Part shown: one piece after another, positions 12,516-24,029 of the stretch
Position numbering within the stretch: the first letter of the stretch is position 1
Layout: each line of letters opens with the position of its first letter
Source: Octopus bimaculoides
Lineage: Eukaryota
Direction of reading: 5' to 3'
Assembly (NCBI RefSeq): GCF_001194135.2
Contig: NC_068988.1
Span: forward strand, 5,928,173-5,966,913
DNA: 38,741 bases
Made by a program: the position numbers and the translations under genes
The notes under the pieces: model-generated
The model's input: the letters and a program-made list of their open reading frames with translations, nothing else
What the model was told of the DNA's origin: nothing
Databases searched by the model: none

Positions 12516-12844
12516 ACACCTTTGTTTTCCTCGCTATTAGTCGTGGGTAGGGTTTAGTGGAGAGAGATGGTCTTCTACAGAGCTTCCAAAACTGATAGAA
12601 GAGATGGAGGAAGGAAGGTATTATTCTCAAAACAGAAATCTGGATGAAACGCTTGAATCAGAGTAGATTCTGTTAACCGTTTAACTACGAAATTAAATTT
12701 CAGGGTTATTCTAGTAATGATGTGAAATATCTACCAAAAGAAAAAGGTACAAAAAAACCCCAATTAGAATTGGTATTTTCTATTAAGTTGAGTACTGGAG
12801 TCAATGTAATCGACTAGGCTCCTCCCCACAAATTCCAGATCTTA

Positions 12845-13036
12845 TGATTTTTCTTCTCTAGGCACAAGGCCCGAAATTTTTGGGGAGGTGGCTAGTCGAT
12901 TAGATCGACTCCAGTACGCAACTGGTACTTAATTTATCGACCTTGAAAAGCATAGTCGACCTCGCTGGAATTTGAACTCAGAACGTAAAGACAGACGAAA
13001 TACCGCTAAGCATTTCGCCTGGTGTGCTAACGTTTC
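12845..13036 (-). mobile_element. SINE family C copy
   Basis: Reverse complement GTTAGCACACCAGGCGAAATGCTTAGCGGTATTTCGTCTG...GAGTTCAAATTCC...AAGTACCAGTTGCGTACTGGAGTCGAT matches 24278-24480 and 36500-36692. Confidence 0.85.
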
Positions 13037-13039
13037 TTA

Positions 13040-13223
13040 TTTATTTATTACCCACAAGGGGCAACACACAGAAGGGACAAACGAGGACAGACAAACGGAT
13101 TAAGTTGACTATATCAACCCCAGTGCGTAACTGGTACTTATTTAATCGACCCTGAAAGGATGAAAGGCAGGATTGAACTAGGCGGAGTTTGAACTCAGAA
13201 CGTAGCGGCAGATGAAATACCGA
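13040..13223 (-). mobile_element. SINE family C copy (second, tandem)
   Basis: Same family motifs, with the CCCCTTGTGGGTAATAAA-type tail. Confidence 0.85.
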
Positions 13224-13419
13224 TTTCTTTATTACCCACAAGGGGCTAAACACAGATGGGACAATACACGCATGCGGGGACAATTAACACATGATAGAAT
13301 NNNNNNNNNNGGCTAAACACAGATGGGACAATACACGCATGCGGGGACAATTAACACATGATAGAATGGAACAATGAAATTAAACAATGATGATGGGACG
13401 GCCACCCCAGCCCCACCCT

Positions 13420-13797
13420 GGGGCGGCTGCGTTATTTCAACGAGTTTGTCCTCGTTAGGCAGTTCCAGTGTCTCCGGCATGTCACTGTAAACTTTCTGAC
13501 TTGCCATAAAAAGCACCTCCAATCCATACCCCCAACAATTTATTTGTTGGGTTCTGCTTGTCATAATTATCCTTACATCTTCTTCACTTTCAGGAAAAAC
13601 TGCAGCCATTACTCATTCCAACTCTATTTTTGGGGTAGACATCGTCTCCAGCTGGCTATACAACACAATCTGTGTCCTTATATTTTCGAACAAGGGAATC
13701 TAGCACCCCCACTCAGCTCAAAACAATATCTGTGTATCGCGATTTCCGGGTTATTTCCCTTCATCAGCTCAGAATGTCTTAACCCAGGACTGCCATG
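13420..13797 (-). mobile_element. Retroelement fragment carrying a hammerhead ribozyme followed by a gag/ORF1-like reading-frame remnant
   Basis: Hammerhead at 13772-13730, then the frame ...MSTPKIELE*VMAAVFPESEEDVRIIMTSRTQQINCWGYGLEVLF...PETLELPNEDKLVEI. Confidence 0.5.
13730..13772 (-). ncRNA. Minimal type I hammerhead ribozyme (palindromic stem III)
   Basis: RNA: CUGAG-CUGAUGA-A-GGG-AAAUAA-CCC-G-GAA-AUCGCGAU-A-CACAG. All catalytic core nucleotides are present. Stem I is 4/5 paired, stem II is GGG/CCC, stem III is the palindrome AUCGCGAU. Confidence 0.7.
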
Positions 13798-15135
13798 ATC
13801 TTTACTCCAAAGTACTGTTGTTGATTATCTCTCGTTGTGAGATTTAAAAATAGTAATTTTCTCATGGAAATTTATTTTTAAATATATAGTTTGTTCAAAT
13901 CACCACGTGACTGAGTAACTGTTATCAACAATTTCCAGCTAACTCCATTACATCTATGAGCCTCTTCAAGATCACTCATCATGCTAGAAATAGCAACCTA
14001 ATCTTCTTTGATTCATATCCTTCCGTTATTAATAATAAAAAAAAGATACGTATTCACAAAATTAGCTCATACCGCTATCTTTATGCTAGCGTGTTAGCAC
14101 TCGTATAAACTCATGAATAATCACCTGCCACATCAATACTGCTGAAACCTATTGCTAGAGGCAAAAAGTCACCACACAGTGCTATCGAAGGACCTGGTCA
14201 TTAACGTTTACATCAAGGATTCATTCATTTTGACAGATATGCGAACGCTATAACTATATATTAATTATTTATAATTATCACAATATTTTCAGATGAAACT
14301 TAATTTTAGACAATACTGAAATTTTATATTGAATTTATGAAGAAAATATGTAAGCATGTTAACATGTACGTTTAATTATTGCTTAATCAATTTGTTCAAC
14401 GCACGCAATATAATTAACAGCGGGTGATGCGATCGTTAATTGTATGATATAATCAGAACTAAATGTTTAATAATGCAATAAATTTCAACAAGAAGCAAAG
14501 TTCTTGGAATTTCAGGTTATCCATTCTTCTCAATTTATTCATTACGTTTATGAATAGCATTATTAAAGCTCTGTATCAACTAATTTAATTCTATTATAAC
14601 TGTGGTATCTTTGTGATTTGTTTCTGTCCAGCACTTGCGTTGATAATACCAGATGAATCGAAGATTTATGAATATAGCAAAGTAGATTTATATATTGATT
14701 TTAGAATTCGTTTTGCATGAAAATCAGGTATTCAATAATATCAGTGATTGCATTATTACTCTTTCCTATATATCGAGTCACGAGTTCCGTTCATGCACCT
14801 CCCAAATGACTACACGCTTTTTGACGGGCCCCAAGGTAGGCCAAATACGACGAACGTTCCCATAATCACATCTGCGACGATGTTCGTTTCCCTTCGAAAT
14901 ACTGCTTTTTAACACAACGTTTATGAAAAGATTTTCTCTTACACAGAAATCACAGCAGCAGACATTTCTACGGTGTATATATTTTTAGTATGATACACAA
15001 ATGGTCATTTTGAATTGCAGGAATTTTGTAAATTGAAAGCCAACTATTTAAAAATGAAAGCACGTATACGCATTATGTCATATATTTATACACGTATAAA
15101 TATATAGATATACGGATATTTTGTACACACACAGA

Positions 15136-15181
<46 letters not shown>

Positions 15182-15962
15182 NNNNNNNNNNNNNNNNNNN
15201 NNNNNNNNNNNNNNNNNNNNNNNNNNNNNNNNNNNNNNNNNNNNNNNNNNNNNNNNNNNNNNNNNNNNNNNNNNNNNNNNNNNNNNNNNNNNNNNNNNNN
15301 NNNNNNNNNNNNNNNNNNNNNNNNNNNNNNNNNNNNNNNNNNNNNNNNNNNNNNNNNNNNNNNNNNNNNNNNNNNNNNNNNNNNNNNNNNNNNNNNNNNN
15401 NNNNNNNNNNNNNNNNNNNNNNNNNNNNNNNNNNNNNNNATATACCAATATATGTGTGCGTGCGTCTATGAGATTAACCAAAGCTGACGGTGCTTCTATA
15501 AGAAGAGCAAATTAACAAAAGTGAAAGCATTCAGAATTTAATGCTGTGATATAAATGTCTGGAAACAATTTAATGATTAAATTATATGCAGACTCACATA
15601 TCAGATAATTAGAACGAAATCAACATATAAATACTAGCAAGCAGAAGATCAAATTAACAAGACGAAGCGCATAAAATTTACCAAAGAAATTGGAAAAAAA
15701 TTTCTCCGAAAATAACAGGTTAGGATTAAAAATATGATTTCAACGCCAGAAATGACGTTACAGATAGAAATTTACTGGCTAGTTATAAACTATAGTTTTG
15801 ATATAATAAATTCGAAATTAAACGAGTAGAAACGATATAATGAGGGTATAAAATATAGTGAGAATTTATAAAAAAAAAAAAAACCAAAAGACAAAGGCGG
15901 CTGTGTAAACGACAAACAGATGTATTAGTTTAACGCTAGGAACCCCTTCCACCTCAGAAGCC

Positions 15963-16415
15963 TCACCTTACTAAGACAACGTCGGCTGCGCTGGATTGGC
16001 CACGTTCGCCGTATGGAGGACGGTCGGATCTCAAAGGATGTCCTTAATGGAGAGCTTGTCGCAGGGCAAAGAAACATTGGCCGCCCGAAGCTGAGGTACA
16101 GGGACGTGTGCAGGAGGGATATGAGGGCACTTGGTATCAACACCAATTCCTGGGGGGATCTCGCAGCCGATCGAACCAGCTGGAGAGGCACTCTTCAGAA
16201 ACAACTGCAGACCGGCGAAGACAATTTGAGGGTGGCAGCAGCTGAAAACCGAGCCCGCAGAAAAGAAATGACAGCCAACAGACCGGATTCAACGTGTAGG
16301 TGCGACCTCTGCAAACGTGACTGCCACTATCGCATCGGTCTCTACAGCCACAGAATAGACAACTCAACGGACGGATGACATCATCCATGGTCAGCCATGA
16401 CCGACGGAGGCCTAA
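15963..16415 (+). mobile_element. 5'-truncated RTE-clade LINE (C-terminal ORF with zinc-finger-like motif and 3' UTR)
   Basis: TLLRQRRLRWIGHVRRMEDGRISKDVLNGEL..GQRNIGRPKLRYRDVCRRDM...WGDLAADRTSWR...CDLCKRDCHYRIGLYSH, a diagnostic RTE C-terminus. The 3' end is CCATGGTCAGCCATGACCGACGGAGGCC. Confidence 0.93.
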
Positions 16416-17404
16416 GAAAGGGAAGTGAGAAAGTCTTTTACGTTTCGAGCCTACGCTCCTCGACAGAGAGGAACACAGAAATAAACAGGGAAAGAAAATA
16501 AAAAAAGGTTTAGTGGCTAGCGATCTATCATGGCGAAAAACGTATAGTTTAGAACTGCTTAGAAGTTTTATAGTTATTTCCATTCACATGGCCAACCGGA
16601 GAATATTTGTATCTTTGAAAATATTTCAAATTTGCGAATATTACNNNNNNNNNNNNNNNNNNNNNNNNNNNNNNNNNNNNNNNNNNNNNNNNNNNNNNNN
16701 NNNNNNNNNNNNNNNNNNNNNNNNNNNNNNNNNNNNNNNNNNNNNNNNNNNNNNNNNNNNNNNNNNNNNNNNNNNNNNNNNNNNNNNNNNNNNNNNNNNN
16801 NNNNNNNNNNNNNNNNNNNNNNNNNNNNNNNNNNNNNNNNNNNNNNNNNNNNNNNNNNNNNNNNNNNNNNNNNNNNNNNNNNNNNNNNNNNNNNNNNNNN
16901 NNNNNNNNNNNNNNNNNNNNNNNNNNNNNNNNNNNNNNNNNNNNNNNNNNNNNNNNNNNNNNNNNNNNNNNNNNNNNNNNNNNNNNNNNNNNNNNNNNNN
17001 NNNNNNNNNNNNNNNNNNNNNNNNNNNNNNNNNNNNNNNNNNNNNNNNNNNNNNNNNNNNNNNNNNNNNNNNNNNNNNNNNNNNNNNNNNNNNNNNNNNN
17101 NNNNNNNNNNNNNNNNNNNNNNNNNNNNNNNNNNNNNNNNNNNNNNNNNNNNNNNNNNNNNNNNNNNNNNNNNNNNNNNNNNNNNNNNNNNNNNNNNNNN
17201 NNNNNNNNNNNNNNNNNNNNNNNNNNNNNNNNNNNNNNNNNNNNNNNNNNNNNNNNNNNNNNNNNNNNNNNNNNNNNNNNNNNNNNNNNNNNNNNNNNNN
17301 NNNNNNNNNNNNNNNNNNNNNNNNNNNNNNNNNNNNNNNNNNNNNNNNNNNNNNNNNNNNNNNNNNNNNNNNNNNNNNNNNNNNNNNNNNNNNNNNNNNN
17401 NNNN

Positions 17405-17488
17405 TGTGTGTGTGTGTGCATATTCATGCATACACACACACAAACATATTAATATACATGTATATATAGTTAAGTATATAGACTTATG

Positions 17489-17519
<31 letters not shown>

Positions 17520-17639
17520 GCATATGTATGTATGCGTATACATATAGTATGTATATACACAGATATGTATATGTATGTATATATATATCTATATGTTTGT
17601 TCGCGTGTGTATATGTACATATACATATATATGCATATG

Positions 17640-17675
<36 letters not shown>

Positions 17676-17763
17676 CGTGTGTGTGTGTGTGTGTGTATGT
17701 GTGTGTATTTAAGTATATAGATTTATGTATATATATATACATATGTATATACGTATACTCGTA

Positions 17764-17804
<41 letters not shown>

Positions 17805-17820
17805 GCGTATGTGTGTGTAT
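17405..17820. repeat. Degenerate (TA)/(TG) microsatellite block
   Basis: Seen directly. Confidence 0.9.
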
Positions 17821-18162
17821 GCATTTGTTACGTTATCATGATTTTTCAATTATTTATAAGTTTTTCCCAGACCGATGGAAGAATATTTTAGATAACATGA
17901 GTGTGTCTTGGAACTTTTATAGCTTTTTCAGTATTTTAATCGCAGGCCGCTTCTTCAGAAGTGTTACAGAGTATACTTATATTTAGCTCAATAGGTGACC
18001 AGACACGTCTCATCTGTTCTCACTAAATACATAAAGACTACTTTTGATATTACTAGCTCTAATTCTCACACTACCAATTTATTTGACGTTATTTCTAACG
18101 CCGTGTGTTAAATATGAGACAGGTTAGTTTCATGTGATTTATATATAAGGATATAGATTGTT

Positions 18163-18437
18163 CGCAGACGTAGCTGTGTGGTAAAGAAGTTCGCTTCGTG
18201 ATTAACGTGGTTTTAGGTTCAGTCCTACTCACAGCAGCAGCTTAGCACCTTCCACAGGTGTCTTCTACTCTTGCTTTGGATTAACCAATCATTTTTGATA
18301 GTGAATTTAATAAATTTGTTAAACGGAAAAAATATGAATGCCCATTGCATATATATATAAGTGCAAGAGTGGCTGTGTGGTAAGAAGCTTGCTTACCAAC
18401 CATATGGTCCAGGTTTCAGTCCCGCTGCGTGGCACCT
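18163..18437 (+). mobile_element. Two tandem SINE family A 5' fragments (about 18163-18330 and 18361-18437)
   Basis: GCTGTGTGGTAA...GGTTCAGTCC heads. Confidence 0.75.
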
Positions 18438-18687
18438 TTTAAAATAAAACTTGCTAATACTTCCTTGCCATTAAAACACGTGGGAAGGTAAATTTTATTA
18501 TGTGTCTCCAAGCAATCTGCTGGTTCTAAACACACGGTTTCTTTCATTTGAAAATCCGAACATAGTTTCTAGTCTACCAGCATCCTGATTTTCAAACAGA
18601 ACAAACCAAGGCACGTAATAAAAACTTTTTTGATCAAGTGTTTTGACAGCAAGAAACTATTAGTAGTTCACCATCTTTTATTTATAT

Positions 18688-18734
<47 letters not shown>

Positions 18735-19827
18735 ATGGTAGTAGTATATTTCTAGTTTTTCTAACTCGAATCTCTCGCTTCCTTCCGACGAATGAAGGTG
18801 GTGCGAGTTAGCTTATAGATGAATCGATATCTGGAGTTCAACAGTTGATAGTACAATTAATTAGTACCAATTAATATCAATCGATATCAATGATATAAAT
18901 ATGAAGTACTTCAAATAAGTCAGTGTAAACGTGACCATGGCGTAGGTCATAAAATAACACACGTGATATCCTTCCTCTCAGCAGAGAATTAATTTAGTGA
19001 TACTAATATTATACAACAAATATATCTAACCTTACACTGGCCTCATGTATCGGTGTATACATACAGAAATACGTACATACATACAGACATATATATATAT
19101 ATATATATATATATANNNNNNNNNNNNNNNNNNNNNNNNNNNNNNNNNNNNNNNNNNNNNNNNNNNNNNNNNNNNNNNNNNNNNNNNNNNNNNNNNNNNN
19201 NNNNNNNNNNNNNNNNNNNNNNNNNNNNNNNNNNNNNNNNNNNNNNNNNNNNNNNNNNNNNNNNNNNNNNNNNNNNNNNNNNNNNNNNNNNNNNNNNNNN
19301 NNNTCCGATCTCTCTATATATATGTATATGTATATATACATACATATATATATGCTTATGTAAACAAATAAAATTAATACATATATACATACATACACAG
19401 ATTGATAGCTAGAGATGATTATATACATAAAAACTATATAACTTACTAATATATCATTTATATAATTACAAAGACGCACAGACACAGACGCACAGAGACT
19501 CACACACACACACACACACACACACACAAAGATGAAAGAGAGTGTCAAATGGAGAGCTAGACGCAGATAAATAGAATGATATACGAAATACATTCATACA
19601 TTAATAGATTATAATGTATTTTAAGAGCGTTTGTCCGTATCGATATTTATATATGACGAGGAAGATCAAAGAGGCAGCAAAGTTGCAGTCTCTATTTCAA
19701 TGGTTAAGATCCTGGATAATCATGGTATATTACAACTAGATAATTCATTTGCTAAGAGAATTGTATGAAAGATCTCTACATTGACGTATGAGACTCGTGC
19801 TCTGATTCTGAGTGGAGGAATACATTG

Positions 19828-19945
19828 GTTTATCCCATACATAATGCGGTTTTTTTTATACTTCTTTTATTTTTCGAAATTAAAATAAACAAGGTTGTTT
19901 TTTTATTTAAAATATAATCTCCTGATCTTGTCAAATTATTTGACC
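19828..19945 (-). mobile_element. Possible mariner 3' terminus remnant
   Basis: GGAGATTATATTTTAAATAA (GDYILN-like end) followed by a TIR-like CCGCATTATGTATGGGATAAACCA. Confidence 0.35.
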
Positions 19946-19946
19946 G

Positions 19947-20116
<170 letters not shown>

Positions 20117-20473
20117 TAAAATGGTTCGGTCGGCCTCNNNNNNNNNNNNNNNNNNNNNNNNNNNNNNNNNNNNNNNNNNNNNNNNNNNNNNNNNNNNNNN
20201 NNNNNNNNNNNNNNNNNNNNNNNNNNNNNNNNNNNNNNNNNNNNNNNNNNNNNNNNNNNNNNNNNNNNNNNNNNNNNNNNNNNNNNNNNNNNNNNNNNNN
20301 NNNNNNNNNNNNNNNNNNNNNNNNNNNNNNNNNNNNNNNNNNNNNNNNNNNNNNNNNNNNNNNNNNNNNNNNNNNNNNNNNNNNNNNNNNNNNNNNNNNN
20401 NNNNNNNNNNNNNNNNNNNNNNNNNNNNNNNNNNNNNNNNNNNNNNNNNNNNNNNNNNNTATATATACATATA

Positions 20474-20886
20474 CAGGCGCGGGAGTGGCTGTGTGGTAAG
20501 TAGCTTGCTTACCAACCACATGGTTCTGGGCTCAGTCCCACTGCGTGGCACCTTGGGCAAGTGTCTTCTACTATAGCCTCGGATCAACCAAAGCCTTGTG
20601 TGTGGATTTGGTAGAAACTGAAAGAAGCCCGTCGTATATATGTATATATATATATGTGTGTGTGTGTATGTGTGTGTGTCTGTGTGTGTCCCCCTAACAT
20701 CACTTGACAACCGATGCTGGTGTGTTTACGTCCCCATAATTTAGCGGTCCGGCAAAAGAGACCGATAGAATAAGTACTAGGCTTCCAAAGAATAAGTCGT
20801 GGGGTCGATTTGCTCGACTAAAGGCGGTGCTCCAGCATGGCCGCAATCAAATGACTGAAACATGTAAAAGAGTAAAAGAGTAAAGA
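20474..20886 (+). mobile_element. Full-length SINE family A (tRNA-like head, CORE-like segment, internal TA/TG microsatellite, conserved 3' half)
   Basis: A/B-box-like head, GCACCTTGGGCAAGTGTCTT, an internal microsatellite at 20636-20690, and the 3' end CCAGCATGGCCGCAATCAAATGACTGAAAC with an (AAAGAGT)n-like tail. Confidence 0.92.
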
Positions 20887-20954
20887 GTATGCATCACTTA
20901 CACACATAGATATATTTATATACATATACTTATACGTATGCAAACTCTTGCATA

Positions 20955-21335
20955 CGTCACGTAAAATTGTCAATTACTCGAACACGTTCCTCTTTGGGGA
21001 TTTCCTTGATTTCTGCTGTGATACCTGCCTTCAGTTCACCAATCGTTTGAGGGTTCTTCTGGTAAACGTCATCCTTGAGATACCCCCACAGATAAAAAAA
21101 ACTTGTGGGTTCAAGTCCTATGGATGCGATGCCCACTCAGCGTCACACTTCCAGTTGATCAGACTCTCCTAAAATCGCTGTCTCGGCCAGGTTAGGAAGT
21201 CATTTGATGCGTGGGGCGTGGCCCCGCCTTGCTGGAACCACTTGTTCATCTCGGTCTATCCCTCTGCGTTGTTTTATTCAAACAGTTTTATTGAATGATT
21301 TGTGGGTCCTGTTTTTTTTGGAGTCACTCTGTATA
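20955..21335 (-). mobile_element. Internally deleted Tc1/Tc3-like DNA transposon (TIR joined to the C-terminal catalytic region)
   Basis: WFQQGGATPH...DLNP..FYLWGYLKDDVYQKNPQTIGELKAGITAEIKEIP. TACAGAGTGACTCC terminus near 21335. Confidence 0.85.
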
Positions 21336-22338
21336 AGTGGTATATACTACAAGAACATTTCTGAGTGCTACTTCAGACGTCTAGTCAATGATATTGATTT
21401 CTAGAATGGCTACAAACGCAAAACACTCTTGCAGGTTCAGAAAGGCGATGCCAGCTCTACCGACCTTTCCATCCTCATGGATGGAAAGCAAAACTTCTAG
21501 GTTGAATACGAACTCATAACTCATAACGCAACGAAATTTGGCACAATATTTTAGTAGGAGAATCTGTCGATTGGAAACGAACAGAATGTTAGATTGATTT
21601 TGATCTTCAGACTCACATCTAAGAGAGCAGGAAACAACCAATCAAATGGCTTTTATTATTTTCTGCTAATTTAATTGTTTTTGACGCCTGAAGGTTTAAA
21701 AAAGTATCACAACGTCGGCGGAATATCAACAGAAAATGTAAAGAAACGCAACTAAAATTCACAAGTTCTTCCAACCGATTCTCTACCTACACTGCTAATC
21801 AACCGACTTGAAATAGGATACAGTGGTGAAACAAATTTGAAAATTCCCCCATTAACCTAGTTTAACAAATGGCGTTCGACTTCTGAAACATAAATTGTTT
21901 TACCTCAATTTCTAGCGTAGCGCATATTATCCCGAAATAATAAGAAGCAACAACTCTTCAATAAGTTATCGTACATATTACACGTAAGCTTGTTCTGCCT
22001 TTGATATTTAGGGGATTAAGCAAGGTGCCTACGGTCATCTTGGTTTTGAGAATTTGGTTCCCGATCGAGAGAGATTTAAGGCAAACGCATAGATAGATAG
22101 ATAGATAGATAGGTATATACATAATAGATAGGTAGGTATGTAGATAGATAGAGAGATAGATAGCTAATTAGATAAACAGATAGATAGATAGTTTATAGAT
22201 GAGAGACAGATTATAATCCGTGTAGAATGTACTTCATACTACACAAGAGATTTAAACTTAAGCAAGTATTTACACGCATATATATACACACACTTATACA
22301 TAATATATGTAATATAATCGATATATAGTTGAGATGTG

Positions 22339-22511
22339 TTCTGTTAAGAACGCATTAGAGTACAAATAGAGCTCGTTCACCCTTAGAATTCCCAAATAGC
22401 CGGTAGTATTATTATATAAGATATAAGCCGGTGGTATTATTATACTACTGGCTATTTGGGAATTCTAAGGGTGAACGAGCTCTGTTTGTACTTTAATAGT
22501 TCTTAACAGAA
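22339..22511. repeat. Long near-perfect inverted repeat (fold-back / MITE-like)
   Basis: Arms 22339-22409 and 22442-22511, with a 34-bp perfect core AGAGCTCGTTCACCCTTAGAATTCCCAAATAGCC. Confidence 0.95.
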
Positions 22512-23544
22512 TAGCCATGGATGTTGTAGCATGGAAATCTAGATTTACTTACGGAGACAGCAATTGAATATCGCCTGAAAAGATACATATAGATCTTCTA
22601 CAGGTAAATCGTTACATAATTTAATTTAAATTTAAATTTAAATTTAAGTCCTGTATTCACATGGATCTGTATGTATCGAAACATTTGTAGTAATCATTAA
22701 AAGCTGTCTAATTTTCTCTTCCTTTTGACTCTTTTACTTTTTACTTCTTATAATTGATATATATGGTGGTGCACCAGCATGACCGCAGCCACTTGGCTGA
22801 AACCCATAAATATATATATATATATATATATATATCTGTTTCTCTCTCTCTCTCTCTCTTTCTCTCTTCAAAAATCGTGTGTGAAATTATATATTTATCT
22901 GTGTATGTGTGTATGTATGTATGTATGTATGTATGTATGTATGTATGTATGTATGTATGAATTCAGGTGTAATATATACGTATGTGAGTGTGGCTGCGTA
23001 TGTGAGGAAGAGTACAAGAGAGAGAGTGAAAGTGAGAGAGGTAATGAGTGTATGTAAAATAGATCATGAGTATCACTTCAAATTGTTAATCAACGGTGAT
23101 GAGTAGAGATAAGAATGACATCAACCACAATATAATTGTTATGGCGCCAAAGCGCTAATGAGAGTTTCGAAGTTTTCGGGGTTGTTGAAACTAAAAGAAT
23201 TATATATTCTCTTTTCCTTGTTACTCAAATATAACTCAACGGCAACTGGTATATATTTAGTTCCCATAAACTTATTCACATGTGTTTATATCAGCAATCG
23301 TATTTACCTTTCACAGACACATATCTAAGCACAAGTCTGCTCATAGTACTCGTGTTAGAGTAGCTGTAAATAAATATATACACACATACACATACATATA
23401 GATATATATACACAGACACACAAATACACAAACACACACACACACACATACACACTCACATATATACACATGTACCTACATATATATACACGGAATGTAT
23501 ATGCATATGTATATAAGTATATATGAATATGTATACGTATAGAG

Positions 23545-23790
23545 TACGGTGAGTAAACTGTCGTCTAAATTACGCAAAAATGAAAGTAACACTTACGTCT
23601 CATTTTAACAGATATATTTACCAAAATTACATAAAAATATCTTGAAATACTAAAGAATACATTTATTCAGTAAAATCGCCAGACGACTTCGGAATCTCCT
23701 GCAACTCTTCTGGACGGTCTCCTTGTTTAACTTGGTGAATGCTGCTATAATCTTTGCCTTCAGTTCATCTTTGGTGTTTTCCTGGTCTCT
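23545..23790 (-). mobile_element. Tc1/mariner superfamily (maT/DD37D-like) 3' remnant with terminus
   Basis: NTKDELKAKIIAAFTKLNKETVQKSCRRFRSRL followed by a TIR-like GACGACAGTTTACTCACCGTACTCTATA. Confidence 0.7.
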
Positions 23791-23849
23791 CGCTTCTTTT
23801 AATTTTGACTCTATATCTTCAGAAGGAGTTACTTCAATCCTTTCTACAT

Positions 23850-23851
23850 TA

Positions 23852-23895
<44 letters not shown>

Positions 23896-23956
23896 TAGTT
23901 TTATTTTTATAACGTGCTTTCACTTCACTACCGAGCGCAGCTCTGTGCGCCTTGGG
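23850..23956 (-). mobile_element. LINE-type 3' end with (AAT)n tail
   Basis: GCACAGAGCTGCGCTCGGTAGTGAAGTGAAAGCACGTTATAAAAATAAAACTACTG followed directly by (AAT)n. Confidence 0.55.
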
Positions 23957-23989
23957 NNNNNNNNNNACAACAACAACAACAACAACAAC

Positions 23990-23995
23990 AATAAC

Positions 23996-24029
<34 letters not shown>

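Noticed and set aside
13244-13367. Exact 57-bp tandem duplication (13244-13300 and 13311-13367)
   Set aside because: The copies flank a 10-N gap, the typical signature of an unmerged contig overlap. It is an assembly artefact.
14590-14720. FVICFCP peptide resembling a GPCR TM6 motif
   Set aside because: It lacks the W of CWxP, has no hydrophobic helix before it and no convincing splice sites, and no TM3-5 exon is visible upstream
22617-22648. Self-complementary (AATTTA/TAAATT)n tract
   Set aside because: A short AT microsatellite, unremarkable in this background
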